A stretch of DNA of 64,000 nt from a virus (Duplodnaviria; Caudoviricetes): positions 3,924 through 67,923 of the IMG/VR virus record IMGVR_UViG_3300011435_000017. One strand, given 5' to 3'. A program made the translations under genes and the position numbers. Positions within the stretch are counted from its first letter, which is position 1. Each line of letters begins with the position of its first letter. Positions 34,062 through 43,182 of the stretch are shown here, in pieces. Below the pieces are notes generated by a model. The model worked only from the letters and a program-made list of their open reading frames with translations, was not told the origin of the DNA and did not search any database.

Positions 34062-36328
34062 GCCAACTCCTTCAGCTTGACGGGACGCATCTGCCGCGTG
34101 TGTCCCATCGATTGTTTGCGCACCCGCTTCATCAACGCGTACAGCTTCTTGGCGCCCTTCTTCGGATCGCCACCACCGATCGCTGCCACCTGATCCTTGC
34201 CGAGGATCGCTTCGTCACGCGCCACACGCGCCGGCTGCTCACCGTCGATCAGCGCACGCACGTCGTCGCTCTGGCCGTGGCCCTTGCCACTGACCGGCTG
34301 CGCGCCGAACTTCTTCATGAGCACTTCCAGCCCGGCGCTGCTTGAGCCCGCGCCGATCGCCGACACCACGTCGGCCGGGAAGACAAAGCCACCGCTCTGC
34401 AGCCCCACCACGCCACCCGCGGCCTTCTTCGGTGGCCTGCCGAGATTCATCACCCGGCCACCGTAAGTGCCCACCGCGTCGGCGGGTGCGACGTAGGGGT
34501 CGCCTGCGTAGTCACCACCTCCGCCGCCACCTGTCTGCTTCGGCGCACCCTTCAGCGAGTTGAGCAGACCGAGCCCTGTCTGCCCATACTTCAGCATCTG
34601 ACCGGTCGTCAGCCCACTGGTGCCAGCGGTGGTGGCTGCGGTGCCAGCCGCGGTGCCGCCGGCAGTTGCACCCGTACCGCCCATCAGCGCCCCCGCCTCG
34701 GCCGCTGTCAGACCCGCAGCACTGCTCGTGGTGCCTGCAGTGCCGCCCATCAGCGCCGCTGCTTCGGCCGATGTCAGGCCCGCAGCGCCACTCGTGCCAG
34801 CGGCAACCGCTGGTGCGGCTTGCGCAGCCCCAAGCGCGGCGCCACCGACACCGACTGTCGCCATGACAGCGGCCATCTTGGCGAGATCACGACCGTAGTC
34901 CACCCAATCGCTCGCCTCGTACGTGCTGTTCGCGTTGATCGGCACGGCCGTGCCGGTCTTCGGGTCGAGCTTGTAGGTCGGCGTGATGCGATCGTGGCCG
35001 CTGCCCGTGACATTGCCGAAGCCTTCATCGCCCGGATGCCAGTACTTCAGATAGACGTTGCCGTCGCCCTTTTCTTGGTAGACGTTGAAGCTCTGGCCGT
35101 ACTTGTCTTTGTACCGACCGAGGCTGGGCTCCATGTAGTAGTCACCGCCACCTTCACCCATCTGCTGCTGCCACCCGCCCGCGTAACCCTTTTCGGATTG
35201 CACGAGCCCCTCGATCGGCAAGAGCGCTTCCTTCCAGTCCTTGTCCTTGAGGACCGTGCGACCGTCCTTGCCCGGCGCCGTGCGCGCCAGCGCCTCCTTG
35301 ATCTTCTCAGGGTCGTAGTAGCGGCCGGCTTGCTTGTCCTTCTCCATCGCCTTGATCGTCTTGGGATTAACGTCGTAGGTCTTCGCCACTTCCGCCGCAG
35401 TGATGGGCGGCGGCTTCACGGTCTGACGCGGCGCACCACCGGAGTCATCGGTCGGCGGCGTGCCAACGCCATCCGTCGGCGCCTCGTCGATGTCGAGATC
35501 GCTGCCAGCCGGCTTGTCGAGCTTGCCGCGACGATGCAGGTAGTCGTATGCCTTCTGCGACGTGGGCAGGTTGCTGACCTCGCCACCTTCTGCGCCAGTC
35601 TTGACGAGGCCCGTGGGTTCGTACACGTCCCTGAACCATTGACGCTCGCTGCTCTCACCAGTGGCCCCCGGCGTCTTGGCACCGCCCATGTACATGCGCT
35701 TCAGCCGATACGAGGCTGGCGCGTTCGGGTCCTGCATGATCGAGCTGGCGCTGGGGGCGCTCTTGCCGCCGCCACCATCGCTACCACCGCCCATCAGCAG
35801 CGGCACGCCGATGCCGAGGCCACCCGCTTGCAGCGCGCCACCCCAGCCGCCGAGGCCGGTAGCCTTTTGCGCAGCGATGGGGTTGCCCGCTGCGTCTTTG
35901 CCGGCCGGCGTCGCCGCGGTGCCGAGCAGCTTGCTCCAGCCTTCTGCGTTGGCGAGCGAAGCGATGCCTTGATCGGCCAGCGCTGCACCGAGCTGCCCAC
36001 CGCCGTAGCCCTGCAACCCGCCAGTGATGGCACCTTCCATCCGGTTGCCCTTGTTCGTCGCCGCACCCGTCGCTGCGCCTGCAGCCGCACCCGCCGCCGA
36101 GCTGCCGGTGTAGTAGCTCACCGCACCACCGACGATCGTCGGCAGCAGGCTCTTCAACCAGCCCGCTTCCACGAGGCCCGTCTCGGGATTGATCGGCAGC
36201 TTCTGGCCATAGACCGAGCGCGCGAGCTTGTGCAGGCCCGCGACCTCGCCCTTCGTCATGTGGACGAGTTCGGTGTCGGGCCCGCGACCTTTGGCCTTGA
36301 GCTGCTTGGCGAGATGTTGAAGACTCAT
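34058..36328 (-). CDS. Internal virion/ejection protein, 756 aa
   Basis: N-terminal GRGPDTELVH...INPETGL-x-EA, Gly/Ala hydrophobic stretches, and a C-terminal GGFVFPADVVS...G-x-G-x-GQSDD module. Confidence 0.7.
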   Translation of the reverse strand: MSLQHLAKQLKAKGRGPDTELVHMTKGEVAGLHKLARSVYGQKLPINPETGLVEAGWLKSLLPTIVGGAVSYYTGSSAAGAAAGAATGAATNKGNRMEGAITGGLQGYGGGQLGAALADQGIASLANAEGWSKLLGTAATPAGKDAAGNPIAAQKATGLGGWGGALQAGGLGIGVPLLMGGGSDGGGGKSAPSASSIMQDPNAPASYRLKRMYMGGAKTPGATGESSERQWFRDVYEPTGLVKTGAEGGEVSNLPTSQKAYDYLHRRGKLDKPAGSDLDIDEAPTDGVGTPPTDDSGGAPRQTVKPPPITAAEVAKTYDVNPKTIKAMEKDKQAGRYYDPEKIKEALARTAPGKDGRTVLKDKDWKEALLPIEGLVQSEKGYAGGWQQQMGEGGGDYYMEPSLGRYKDKYGQSFNVYQEKGDGNVYLKYWHPGDEGFGNVTGSGHDRITPTYKLDPKTGTAVPINANSTYEASDWVDYGRDLAKMAAVMATVGVGGAALGAAQAAPAVAAGTSGAAGLTSAEAAALMGGTAGTTSSAAGLTAAEAGALMGGTGATAGGTAAGTAATTAGTSGLTTGQMLKYGQTGLGLLNSLKGAPKQTGGGGGGDYAGDPYVAPADAVGTYGGRVMNLGRPPKKAAGGVVGLQSGGFVFPADVVSAIGAGSSSAGLEVLMKKFGAQPVSGKGHGQSDDVRALIDGEQPARVARDEAILGKDQVAAIGGGDPKKGAKKLYALMKRVRKQSMGHTRQMRPVKLKELA

Positions 36329-36336
36329 GGCGGCTC

Positions 36337-37008
36337 CTACGGCGGCGGATCGAATTTCTGCTTCTTGAGGCGGAAGCCCGGCGGCGTAATGCTAGCCGTG
36401 CTGTCGTTCGAGATCAGGAAGATGTTCATCCTGCACGAGGCTCCACGCGGTGCCGGCGCGGCCGCACCCGGTGAATGCAGCTCGGTGTTGCCGAGCGCGC
36501 AGTACGCGAAGATCGTGAGCACGTCCGTCGGCAGCAGGTCGATGATGTAGTTGAGCGAGATCGTCTGGATGTCGTTGCTCGGTATCGTGATCTCGATCAA
36601 CGTGGTGGGAATGTCCGTGCCGTTCTTGCTGATCCAAGCGCTCACCAACCGATCGGCGCCACCGATGTTCGCGTAGTTGAGCGTGGCCTGAAAGTAGTAC
36701 GTGCCGGCGAGGTCCGGCGAAACTTGCGAGACGGTCGGCTGCGTGAAGCCCTGCAGGCTCGTGAAGAGCGGGAACCGCACCGGCAGCGGCGATCCACCGA
36801 GGATCGTCTGGTTCAGGTCGTTGTAGATGCTCGCCGTCGGCGTCTCCAGAAACTGCACGCCGTTGCGACCGAGCAGCGCCTGAAAGACGGCATCGAGCTG
36901 CGAGAAGTAGAGGCGCAGCACCAGCAGCAACTGGCGCCACTGCGTCGGGCTGAGCTGCTCCTCCGGGTCAGGCAGCCGGGGCGGGACAGGGACGCGCAGG
37001 AAGCTCAC
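36337..37008 (-). CDS. Tail-associated structural protein (C1q/jelly-roll-like C-terminus), 223 aa
   Basis: GTG start overlapping the previous TGA; P-x-LP...L-x-LYFSQLD N-terminus and a beta-rich C-terminus. Confidence 0.6.
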   Translation of the reverse strand: MSFLRVPVPPRLPDPEEQLSPTQWRQLLLVLRLYFSQLDAVFQALLGRNGVQFLETPTASIYNDLNQTILGGSPLPVRFPLFTSLQGFTQPTVSQVSPDLAGTYYFQATLNYANIGGADRLVSAWISKNGTDIPTTLIEITIPSNDIQTISLNYIIDLLPTDVLTIFAYCALGNTELHSPGAAAPAPRGASCRMNIFLISNDSTASITPPGFRLKKQKFDPPP

Positions 37009-38939
37009 TTGCGTCCATCCGCGCGGCTGTCGATGCGCATGACGCCGAGCTGCCACGCCACGCCGACGCCGGCCGACTCGATCTTGAACTGCACCTGCTG
37101 GCCGCGAAGCCGCGGATAAATCTCGTTCGTGAACGTCTCCACCAGATGCCGCTGGCCACCGCTGTAGTCCTGATTGCTCGTCACCGCGTTCGCCTCCGCT
37201 GGCCTGCTGTTCGGCAAGCCGTAGGCTGCGCCCGGTGCAGTGCGCGCGATGAGGCTCAGCGTGACGGCCGGCGCGTTGGCTTGCGAGCCCGTGAACGACA
37301 CGTCCGGCTGCATGCGCCGGATGAACTGCCAGTGCTGACCCGACTCGATGTCCATCGGCGACGACTCGACATAGGACGGGAGCGCCACGCCGTTGTCGTC
37401 CGTGCCGATCTCGTGATACATGAGCAGGTTGGTGTCGCTGGTAGCGATCGGGTTGTTGCGCAGGTTGTTGCCGAGCCATGCCGTGCGCGACAGCTCACCG
37501 ACGCTCCACGTCTGCTCCAAGTAGTTGTAGATGACGTAGCGATCGACCTCGCTGGCATTCGCCGAGCAGTAGAACCACCAGACCTCGTGGAACGCCGAGT
37601 TGTGCCCTGCATGCACGAGGAAGCGCTGGTCGAGGTTCACGTCGCTGAAGACGTAGCGCAGCACCGAGCACGGCAGCGTGTCGATGCGGCCGTTGTAGAT
37701 GTAGAACTTGTCCACCCCCATCCAGTAGGCCACGTTGTCGTTCGCGACCGTCGCGTTCGGACCCATGATCGTGATCTTGTCGCCGAGGATGTTCGTGCTC
37801 CACACGAACGGCGGGCCTTGGTACTGCATCGAGTAGAGCGCGGCGTCGGTCCACACCAGCACCTCCTGCCGCGTCTGCAGCGCGGAGAAGATCACCGAGC
37901 CCCGGCTGAGCCGGTAGCTGCCGGCCTGATTCGTCGCCGAGGGCGTCCAGTCGGTGTACGACTCCTGATCGGACCAGCGGACCAGCATCGGGTCCTGCTC
38001 CGTCTCGCCGTAGTCGTTGACACCGAAGGCGAGCACGAAGCGCGACGCGTCTGACACGAGTACGTGGTTGGCGACGGTCGGCGTGTCACCGCCCGTGAGC
38101 AGCACCATGCGATCGACGATGGACGGATCGACGTTCGGCGTCCACAGATAGAGGCCATAGCCCCGCGGGTTGGCGATGAGGCGCTCGCCGAAGTTCGATG
38201 CCGACCACAGGCGCGGCTGCTGGCCCGCTGTCGTGCCCACGGTGACGATCGAGCCCCAGCCCGACAGCGAGGCACCTGTGATGCCGCCCCAGCCGCCTGC
38301 GCCCCAGCCACCGCCCGGAACGAAAGCCACGAGGCCACTGGGCAGCTCGTACGATGCCACCACGGCAGCGCCACCGTTGCCGATGTCGAGCGCGTTGGCC
38401 GCGAGCGGCAACGTCACCGTGTAGCTGTTGACGCCAACGATCGTGTCGATCACGAACTCAGTGTTGAGGATCGCCGCCGTGATGTTGCCGCCGAGGCTCA
38501 CCGCGCCGCTGAAGATCACGAAGTCGCCTACGTTCGCGGGGTGCCCTGCGTCGGTCACGGTCAGCACCGTGCTGGTGTCCGTGGCCGCGAAGGTCACATC
38601 GCCGGCCAGCGTCACGGACAGGATCGGCGTCACGTCATAGAGCGTGCCGCCGTAGCCGTTCTGGATGTAGTACTTGCTGCTGGTGCCGATGCCCAGCATG
38701 TTGTAGCGGGCCAGCGTGAGCCAGTTGAAGAGGTGGCGCGCAGTGCCCCAAAAGCTGCCCACGATCGGCGCCACGCCACCGACACCCGGCACGGGCGTAT
38801 CCGCCTGCCAGCCGCCGAGCTTCTCCGGCGTGCCGCCACGGAAGCGCACCTTGTCCGCGTAGACCCACGTTCCCTCGACAGCCGTGGGCGTGTTCTCCCG
38901 GTCGATGCCGGGGCGCAGCTTCACGTCATTCAGCGGCAT
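37005..38939 (-). CDS. Tail nozzle / tubular protein B (P22 gp10-like DNA stabilisation protein)
   Basis: PGIDRE-x-T...W-x-x-ADKVRFR-x-G-x-PEKLGGW N-terminus, beta-propeller-like repeats, RWSDQE, and C-terminal W-x-LG-x-x-RID. Confidence 0.75.
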   Translation of the reverse strand: MPLNDVKLRPGIDRENTPTAVEGTWVYADKVRFRGGTPEKLGGWQADTPVPGVGGVAPIVGSFWGTARHLFNWLTLARYNMLGIGTSSKYYIQNGYGGTLYDVTPILSVTLAGDVTFAATDTSTVLTVTDAGHPANVGDFVIFSGAVSLGGNITAAILNTEFVIDTIVGVNSYTVTLPLAANALDIGNGGAAVVASYELPSGLVAFVPGGGWGAGGWGGITGASLSGWGSIVTVGTTAGQQPRLWSASNFGERLIANPRGYGLYLWTPNVDPSIVDRMVLLTGGDTPTVANHVLVSDASRFVLAFGVNDYGETEQDPMLVRWSDQESYTDWTPSATNQAGSYRLSRGSVIFSALQTRQEVLVWTDAALYSMQYQGPPFVWSTNILGDKITIMGPNATVANDNVAYWMGVDKFYIYNGRIDTLPCSVLRYVFSDVNLDQRFLVHAGHNSAFHEVWWFYCSANASEVDRYVIYNYLEQTWSVGELSRTAWLGNNLRNNPIATSDTNLLMYHEIGTDDNGVALPSYVESSPMDIESGQHWQFIRRMQPDVSFTGSQANAPAVTLSLIARTAPGAAYGLPNSRPAEANAVTSNQDYSGGQRHLVETFTNEIYPRLRGQQVQFKIESAGVGVAWQLGVMRIDSRADGRK

Positions 38940-38947
38940 GCCGGCTC

Positions 38948-39133
38948 CTACTTCTTGCGTTCGAGTTCGAGCAGGCGCTGCTCCAGCGCTGCGACCCTAG
39001 CTACTAGCGCCTCCAACTGGAGCAGCGCCACGGCGCGCACGCGGTAGCCCTCATAGACGTAGCCGGCGACGAACATGACGGCGCTCGTGATGAGCGACGC
39101 GATGATCGCCGGCCAGAGCTGTTGGTTCTGCAT
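38948..39133 (-). CDS. Small membrane protein with C-terminal coiled coil
   Basis: One TM helix followed by a heptad pattern (LEALVARVAALEQRLLELE). Confidence 0.6.
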   Translation of the reverse strand: MQNQQLWPAIIASLITSAVMFVAGYVYEGYRVRAVALLQLEALVARVAALEQRLLELERKK

Positions 39134-39139
39134 GGCGCA

Positions 39140-39754
39140 TCACGCAAACCGGTAGATCGACAGGTACGCAGCGGGCACCGGGTTGAGGAACGAAAGCCCC
39201 CCTCCCAACGGCTGCGGTCCGAGATCACCAGCGTTGGTGCCACTGCCCGATCGTGCGAAGCGCACGCGGTACTGCTCGCCGATCGAAACACGCACAGGCG
39301 CCACGTCGTAGAACGCCGCGATGTCAGCCGCTGCGTTCAGGCTGACGGTCCCCACGTTCGCGAGCTGGCTCCAGCTCGCGCCGCCATCGACCGACTTCTC
39401 GCCCCAGATGACGAGCACTGCCACGCCGGCCGCGCCCGAGCGCTGCGCCCGCAACCGCACCACGAACACGAGGGCCGCGTCCTTCAGGATCGTGACCACG
39501 CCGTTGGCATCGACGCTGGCGATGCCCGTCATCGTCAAGCCTCCGGGGCCGAAGAGCACGTTGCGCGGCGTCTCGACAGCAGGGCCACCGAGTTGAATCG
39601 CGTTGTCGCGGAACTCGCCCTCGACGGGCAGCGACATCTCCAGTGCCGGGTAGACGATCGGAATCTGGCCGACGAGTTCGCCGGTCGTCAGGTCTTGCGT
39701 GACGACAGGACGCCCCTCGCTGTAGACGGGGCCGGCGAAGCTCGTACGTGCCAT
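39140..39754 (-). CDS. Virion fibre/decoration protein, 204 aa
   Basis: N-terminus MARTSFAGPVYSE is shared with the 48511-48762 protein; the rest is beta-rich. Confidence 0.6.
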   Translation of the reverse strand: MARTSFAGPVYSEGRPVVTQDLTTGELVGQIPIVYPALEMSLPVEGEFRDNAIQLGGPAVETPRNVLFGPGGLTMTGIASVDANGVVTILKDAALVFVVRLRAQRSGAAGVAVLVIWGEKSVDGGASWSQLANVGTVSLNAAADIAAFYDVAPVRVSIGEQYRVRFARSGSGTNAGDLGPQPLGGGLSFLNPVPAAYLSIYRFA

Positions 39755-39763
39755 GTGGAACTC

Positions 39764-39949
39764 CTACTGGACGACTGTGGTCGCTTCGCCGCCGTTGAGC
39801 GGGGTTCCGGGGGGCGGCATTGCCGGCTGCTTCTGCTTCTGAATCTGCTGCACCAGCTCGTTGATGATGGGCGCCGAATCCCTGAAAGGCAGGGCCGCGA
39901 GCGCGTTCATGATTTGATCGGCTTGCTGGTCGGTGACGTTGAAGATCAT
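39764..39949 (-). CDS. Small hypothetical protein of the tail region
   Basis: I-x-x-AL-x-x-LPF-x-x-x-A-x-x-I-x-x-L-x-x-Q pattern; GGAG RBS. Confidence 0.65.
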   Translation of the reverse strand: MIFNVTDQQADQIMNALAALPFRDSAPIINELVQQIQKQKQPAMPPPGTPLNGGEATTVVQ

Positions 39950-39988
39950 GTGGTACTCCGTGTTGTGCGCCTGTTGCGCCTCGGTAGT

Positions 39989-40384
39989 CTAGACGACCTT
40001 CCCGCGCGTCTTGCCCCGCTGGGCGCAGCCGTCGATGCTGCCGCCCTTGGCGAAGGTCGCGTGCCGCCGCAGCATCTCCTCCGGCGGTCCCTTGGCGCGC
40101 TTCGCCTTCTCCGCAGGCGTCAGCCCTTCCTTGGCCAGCGAACCCGGCGGCAGCTCCTTCTTCGCCAGTGCCCGGCGCTGCGCGTTCTCGCCCGTCGCCT
40201 CGTCGATGGCCGACTCGATGTAGGCGGTGTTGCCGCCCTTCCGCGGCTTCTCGACCTCGCCGCCGTCGGCCATGCCGACGAACTCCTTGCCGACCTTCTG
40301 CTTCACCCCGACCTTCTTGGCGAACTTCGGGTTGTGCGCGACGGCTTGCATGAAGCGCTCTTGCTTGTCTGACGTTGCAGGCAT
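39989..40384 (-). CDS. Small basic virion protein with the C-terminal DG-x-A-x-RGKTRGK tag, 131 aa
   Basis: ATG at 40384 gives MPATSDKQERFMQAVAHNPKFAKKVG; ends FAKGGSIDGCAQRGKTRGKVV. Confidence 0.75.
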   Translation of the reverse strand: MPATSDKQERFMQAVAHNPKFAKKVGVKQKVGKEFVGMADGGEVEKPRKGGNTAYIESAIDEATGENAQRRALAKKELPPGSLAKEGLTPAEKAKRAKGPPEEMLRRHATFAKGGSIDGCAQRGKTRGKVV

Positions 40385-40386
40385 GA

Positions 40387-40581
40387 CTATTTCCCCCGGA
40401 TGAGTGGCAGGTGGTAGCCGCCGAAGAAGATGCTGATGAACATCAGCAGCAGGATCAGGATGATGATCACGTAGGCGACCTTGTTGAAGGGCGCCGGCAG
40501 CGGCACGAGACTGGTGAAGACCCACCAGAGCACTCCGCACACGAGCACCAAGATCAGGAAGGTGATGAGCTGGTCGATCAT
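40387..40581 (-). CDS. Two-TM small membrane protein (holin candidate)
   Basis: Two hydrophobic helices separated by P-x-P-x-P-F-x-K, with a basic C-terminus. Confidence 0.55.
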   Translation of the reverse strand: MIDQLITFLILVLVCGVLWWVFTSLVPLPAPFNKVAYVIIILILLLMFISIFFGGYHLPLIRGK

Positions 40582-40590
40582 GACGATCTC

Positions 40591-40878
40591 CTAGAGTTGC
40601 GGGGGTGGGGGCGGGGGCGGTGGCGGCGGTGTCGGCGTCGGAAGGTCCACGACCGGCGGCGGGTCCGTATCCAACTCATCTTCGAGCGCAGTGATGAACG
40701 CCGCTCCGAGCGCAGTCTTGGCCGCTTGGATCGTCGCCGCCTCATCGGGGAAGGGCGGGACCGGTGCGATGTTGACGGTGCCGGTGCGCTGCCGACCGTT
40801 GTGCCGCAGGCTCCAGTACAGAACCTTGACCTCGCCCGTGGCCGGGTCTGTCACCAGTGCGTTTGCGTTGTAGAGCAT
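40591..40878 (-). CDS. Hypothetical protein with poly-proline C-terminus, 95 aa
   Basis: ATG at 40878 after AGGAG; ends PTPTPPPPPPPPPPQL. Confidence 0.7.
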   Translation of the reverse strand: MLYNANALVTDPATGEVKVLYWSLRHNGRQRTGTVNIAPVPPFPDEAATIQAAKTALGAAFITALEDELDTDPPPVVDLPTPTPPPPPPPPPPQL

Positions 40879-40879
40879 G

Positions 40880-41302
40880 TCAACTCCTGTCGCTTTCGAG
40901 CTGTATCGAACCGCTGCCGACGATGACCGAGCCACCCGAGTCGCTGCTGAGCTGGTAGGTGAGGGCGCGAGTCCGCACCTGACCGGCCGGCGCAGCGAGG
41001 ATTCCGTAGCCCTGCGACGATGCCGAGAGCGAGAGCCACACGCCGAGCGCACTGGACGTGCCTGTCGCTGTGCCGTTGCCGGCGCCCAGCACCAGCTTGA
41101 GCCAATAATTCGCGCCGATGCCGGTGGTCGTCGGCGTCGCCCAGTTAGTGGTGGCGCTGGCGTTCCCGCGAGTGGTAGTGCCATTGGTCTGAAGATTGAT
41201 TGCCGGGTTCGTGGCGACGCCAAGGTAGGAGTCGCTGTAGTTGTTGCTGTTGATGACGACGCTGCCGCCGCTGCTCATCAGGCATTGCAGGACACCGGTC
41301 AT
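40880..41302 (-). CDS. Small tail-tip/fibre-associated beta protein
   Basis: S/G/T/N-rich; ATGA-coupled to the tail fibre gene. Confidence 0.65.
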   Translation of the reverse strand: MTGVLQCLMSSGGSVVINSNNYSDSYLGVATNPAINLQTNGTTTRGNASATTNWATPTTTGIGANYWLKLVLGAGNGTATGTSSALGVWLSLSASSQGYGILAAPAGQVRTRALTYQLSSDSGGSVIVGSGSIQLESDRS

Positions 41303-43173
41303 GTGATGTTCCCGGTGATGACGGCAGAGTTGGCTGTCTCGAAGAGGACCGTCGCGATGCCCACACCGAGGATCGTGCGGTTGCCGGTGCTCACGCTGCC
41401 GCCCTTGTACATGCCGAGGCCCACGCCTTGGACGACCGTCATGTTCGCCCCGCTCCAGTTGAGGATGACGACGGTATCGCCTCCCGCGAAGGTGCCGGCA
41501 GGGACCGTGACCTGCGTCGCGTCGGTCTTGTAGTGCGTCTTGCCCCTGTCAGCGAGAAGGAGGGTCGTGGCACCCGTATAGCCATTGAGCGGCGAGCCAC
41601 GGAAGCCAAACTCAATCCCGTTGAGGTTGGTGACGGCGCCCGATTCAGCGACTGTGAGCAGCGCCAGCGTGTAGGCGTCACTGATGACCTGAAACTCGCC
41701 GGCTGCCACGCGAAGGAACTTCTTCGGCGTCGTGGCACCGTTGCCGGTCATCTTGATGTTCATGCCGGCCGCGCCGGTATCCGAGAGCGCCAGCGTGCCG
41801 TTGCTCGTCGCGGTCCCCGTGATGACCACGCCACCGCTGCCGGTGTTCATCGAGATCAAGCCGACCCCGCCACCGGTAGCGGTCAGGTAGATCGCGGTGG
41901 TGCCCGTGCTCTGTCCACCGTTCACTTGAAGCCACTGCGTGGCCGCACTCAGGTCATCACTGATCCACAGGCCATACAGCGAAGCTGCGTCCTTGTACCA
42001 CTCGTGAATCTTGGTGTTGGCTGCTGCAGTCGCGTTGCAGATGCCGAGTGCGATGTTGTAGGCGTATGTCTGCGACTCGGGGACTGCGCCCGACCACGGA
42101 CGGCCAACGCCGACGACTTGCCAGCCGCAGTTGGCGAACCGAATAGCGATACCACTGGAGTCGGCGATGGTCGGGTTGGCGTTGAGTGCGCCACCAACGA
42201 CCATGTAGCGGTTGGCACTGGCGGCAGGGCTGATGACGAACTGCGCGAGCGCGCCGCCGTAGTGACTCCAGAAAGCGAGGGCGCCCATGCCCTTGCTGAT
42301 GAAATTGATGCCGATGTTGGTATCGGACCCTTGGGCTGCGAAGCCGATCGCGGCTGCCGCTACGTTGTGCTGCAGCTCGAAGTAGTTGACCGCGCCCACC
42401 GTGCGCAAGAGGTTGATCGCCAGCCCGCCACCGGTGTACAGATTCAACCCGCCGGCGCCGGCAGAAGAGTTTCCCCAGTAGACGGTCGAGGCTCCGAGGC
42501 CGCCCGAGATACCAACCGTGCCCGCGGCACCGGCCGTCTCGCCGACCCAGAAGTTCGGCGCCGAAACCTGCGTGTTGCCGTAGACGTTGCCCGTGAAGGT
42601 CGAACCCGCCGTCGCGATAGTGAGCCTGAGCGCACCATTCGTCGCGAACCCCATCGAATCCGCACCGATCCGGTACAGGCCCGTGTCGGTGTCGCTGATG
42701 AACGCAAGGCCGGGCGCCCCCACCGCGCCATCGCCGATGAGCGACACGCCGGTCCCCACCACCGTCGAGATCGCAGGAGAAACAGTGCCGGTAGCAGGAC
42801 TGACCCAGAGCAGCATCGCTTGACCATTCGGCACAACGGTGCCAGCGGCTGCAGCCGTCTTGACGTTGAGGCCAAAGCCGCCCGTCGTGGCGTTGCGAAC
42901 GAAGTAAATCTTGCTCGAATTCGGAACGATGATGTCGCGCTGCGCGGTGAGCGCACCCGTGAACAGCAGCGTCATGTTCCGCGCTTCGTCCGTGGCGCCG
43001 TTCGCGGTGGTGAGCGTGCGGTTCGCATCCGCCAGCGCGATCGACACCGTGCCTGCGATCGCCGTCTCTTCCAGCGTCGTGATGCCGTTGTTGACGACCT
43101 GACCCCATGTGCCGATCAGCTCGCCGTCGGCCGGCAGCGTCAGCCGCAGCAGTGAGGTATAGGTACTCGGCAT
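41299..43173 (-). CDS. Tail fibre protein
   Basis: N-terminal MPSTYT-x-x-L-x-L...GE-x-x-GTWG-x-x-x-N, a DG-x-x-x-APGL-x-F-x-x-D-x-DTG-x-Y repeat, and a G/A/T/N-rich beta body with lower GC. Confidence 0.85.
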   Translation of the reverse strand: MPSTYTSLLRLTLPADGELIGTWGQVVNNGITTLEETAIAGTVSIALADANRTLTTANGATDEARNMTLLFTGALTAQRDIIVPNSSKIYFVRNATTGGFGLNVKTAAAAGTVVPNGQAMLLWVSPATGTVSPAISTVVGTGVSLIGDGAVGAPGLAFISDTDTGLYRIGADSMGFATNGALRLTIATAGSTFTGNVYGNTQVSAPNFWVGETAGAAGTVGISGGLGASTVYWGNSSAGAGGLNLYTGGGLAINLLRTVGAVNYFELQHNVAAAAIGFAAQGSDTNIGINFISKGMGALAFWSHYGGALAQFVISPAASANRYMVVGGALNANPTIADSSGIAIRFANCGWQVVGVGRPWSGAVPESQTYAYNIALGICNATAAANTKIHEWYKDAASLYGLWISDDLSAATQWLQVNGGQSTGTTAIYLTATGGGVGLISMNTGSGGVVITGTATSNGTLALSDTGAAGMNIKMTGNGATTPKKFLRVAAGEFQVISDAYTLALLTVAESGAVTNLNGIEFGFRGSPLNGYTGATTLLLADRGKTHYKTDATQVTVPAGTFAGGDTVVILNWSGANMTVVQGVGLGMYKGGSVSTGNRTILGVGIATVLFETANSAVITGNIT

Positions 43174-43182
43174 GTCTGCTCC

